Position numbers and translations under genes: made by a program. Source: Chloroflexota bacterium (GTDB lineage Bacteria > Chloroflexota > UBA11872 > VXNJ01). From it: DNA of 64,000 nt. The notes beneath the pieces are model-generated. The model was given only the letters and a program-made list of their open reading frames with translations. It did no database searches and was not told the DNA's origin. This document shows positions 63,864 to 64,000 of this stretch, one piece after another. Each line of letters starts with the position of its first letter. The stretch's first letter is position 1. The stretch lies in contig OZ253449.1 in assembly GCA_965261345.1 (NCBI GenBank), positions 1,568,001-1,632,000 on the forward strand, in the 5' to 3' direction.

Positions 63864-64000
63864 ATGCCGTACGAATGGTCTGAAATTGGCCGCATCGGCC
63901 CCGAGTTGATTTTGGTGGCGGTGGCCAGCACCACCCCGCTGATGTGGGTATTTTCGGGACGCGACAACCGCTGGGCTTACATGGTCCTGGCGTTGCTGGG
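63864..64000 (+). CDS. nuoN: Probable NADH-quinone oxidoreductase subunit N (5' part, runs off the window)
   Basis: ATG 1 nt after the nuoM stop; hydrophobic start with PELIL motif. Confidence 0.7.
   Translation, partial: MPYEWSEIGRIGPELILVAVASTTPLMWVFSGRDNRWAYMVLALL

Overview
Bacterial chromosomal window, probably from a high-GC Chloroflexota-like genome (inference from gene order and protein domains). It has two halves. Positions 1 to ~34.9 kb are a decaying accessory/defence-type island. This half holds three toxin-antitoxin pairs (two damaged), two Fic genes, a voltage-gated Na+-channel-like gene and an orphan TerB/SAP/PD-(D/E)xK nuclease. It also holds a secreted HNH-LTD nuclease, an AAA ATPase with an extra C-terminal domain, and IS21, IS256, IS3 (x2), IS5, IS481, IS1202-like and ISNCY elements. 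Two features stand out. One is a group II intron inside an IS3 copy whose boundaries are non-canonical (GAACAG...GAA, with a compensatory U-A gamma-gamma' pair). The other is a compact bacterial ubiquitin-like conjugation operon (Ubl, Ser-type E2, JAB-E1 fusion, DUF6527-like metal-binding protein, divergent RHH regulator). Positions ~35 to 64 kb are core genome: glmU, ispE, ybeY, tRNA-Gln, an LRR-like secreted protein, rpsU, a wecA-like gene, rpmE, prfA, prmC, guaB, greA, lysS, serS, a MidA-type methyltransferase and hydantoinase A. The window ends in a complex I operon that lacks nuoB, nuoE and nuoF. All family calls rest on motif recognition by eye; no database search was run.
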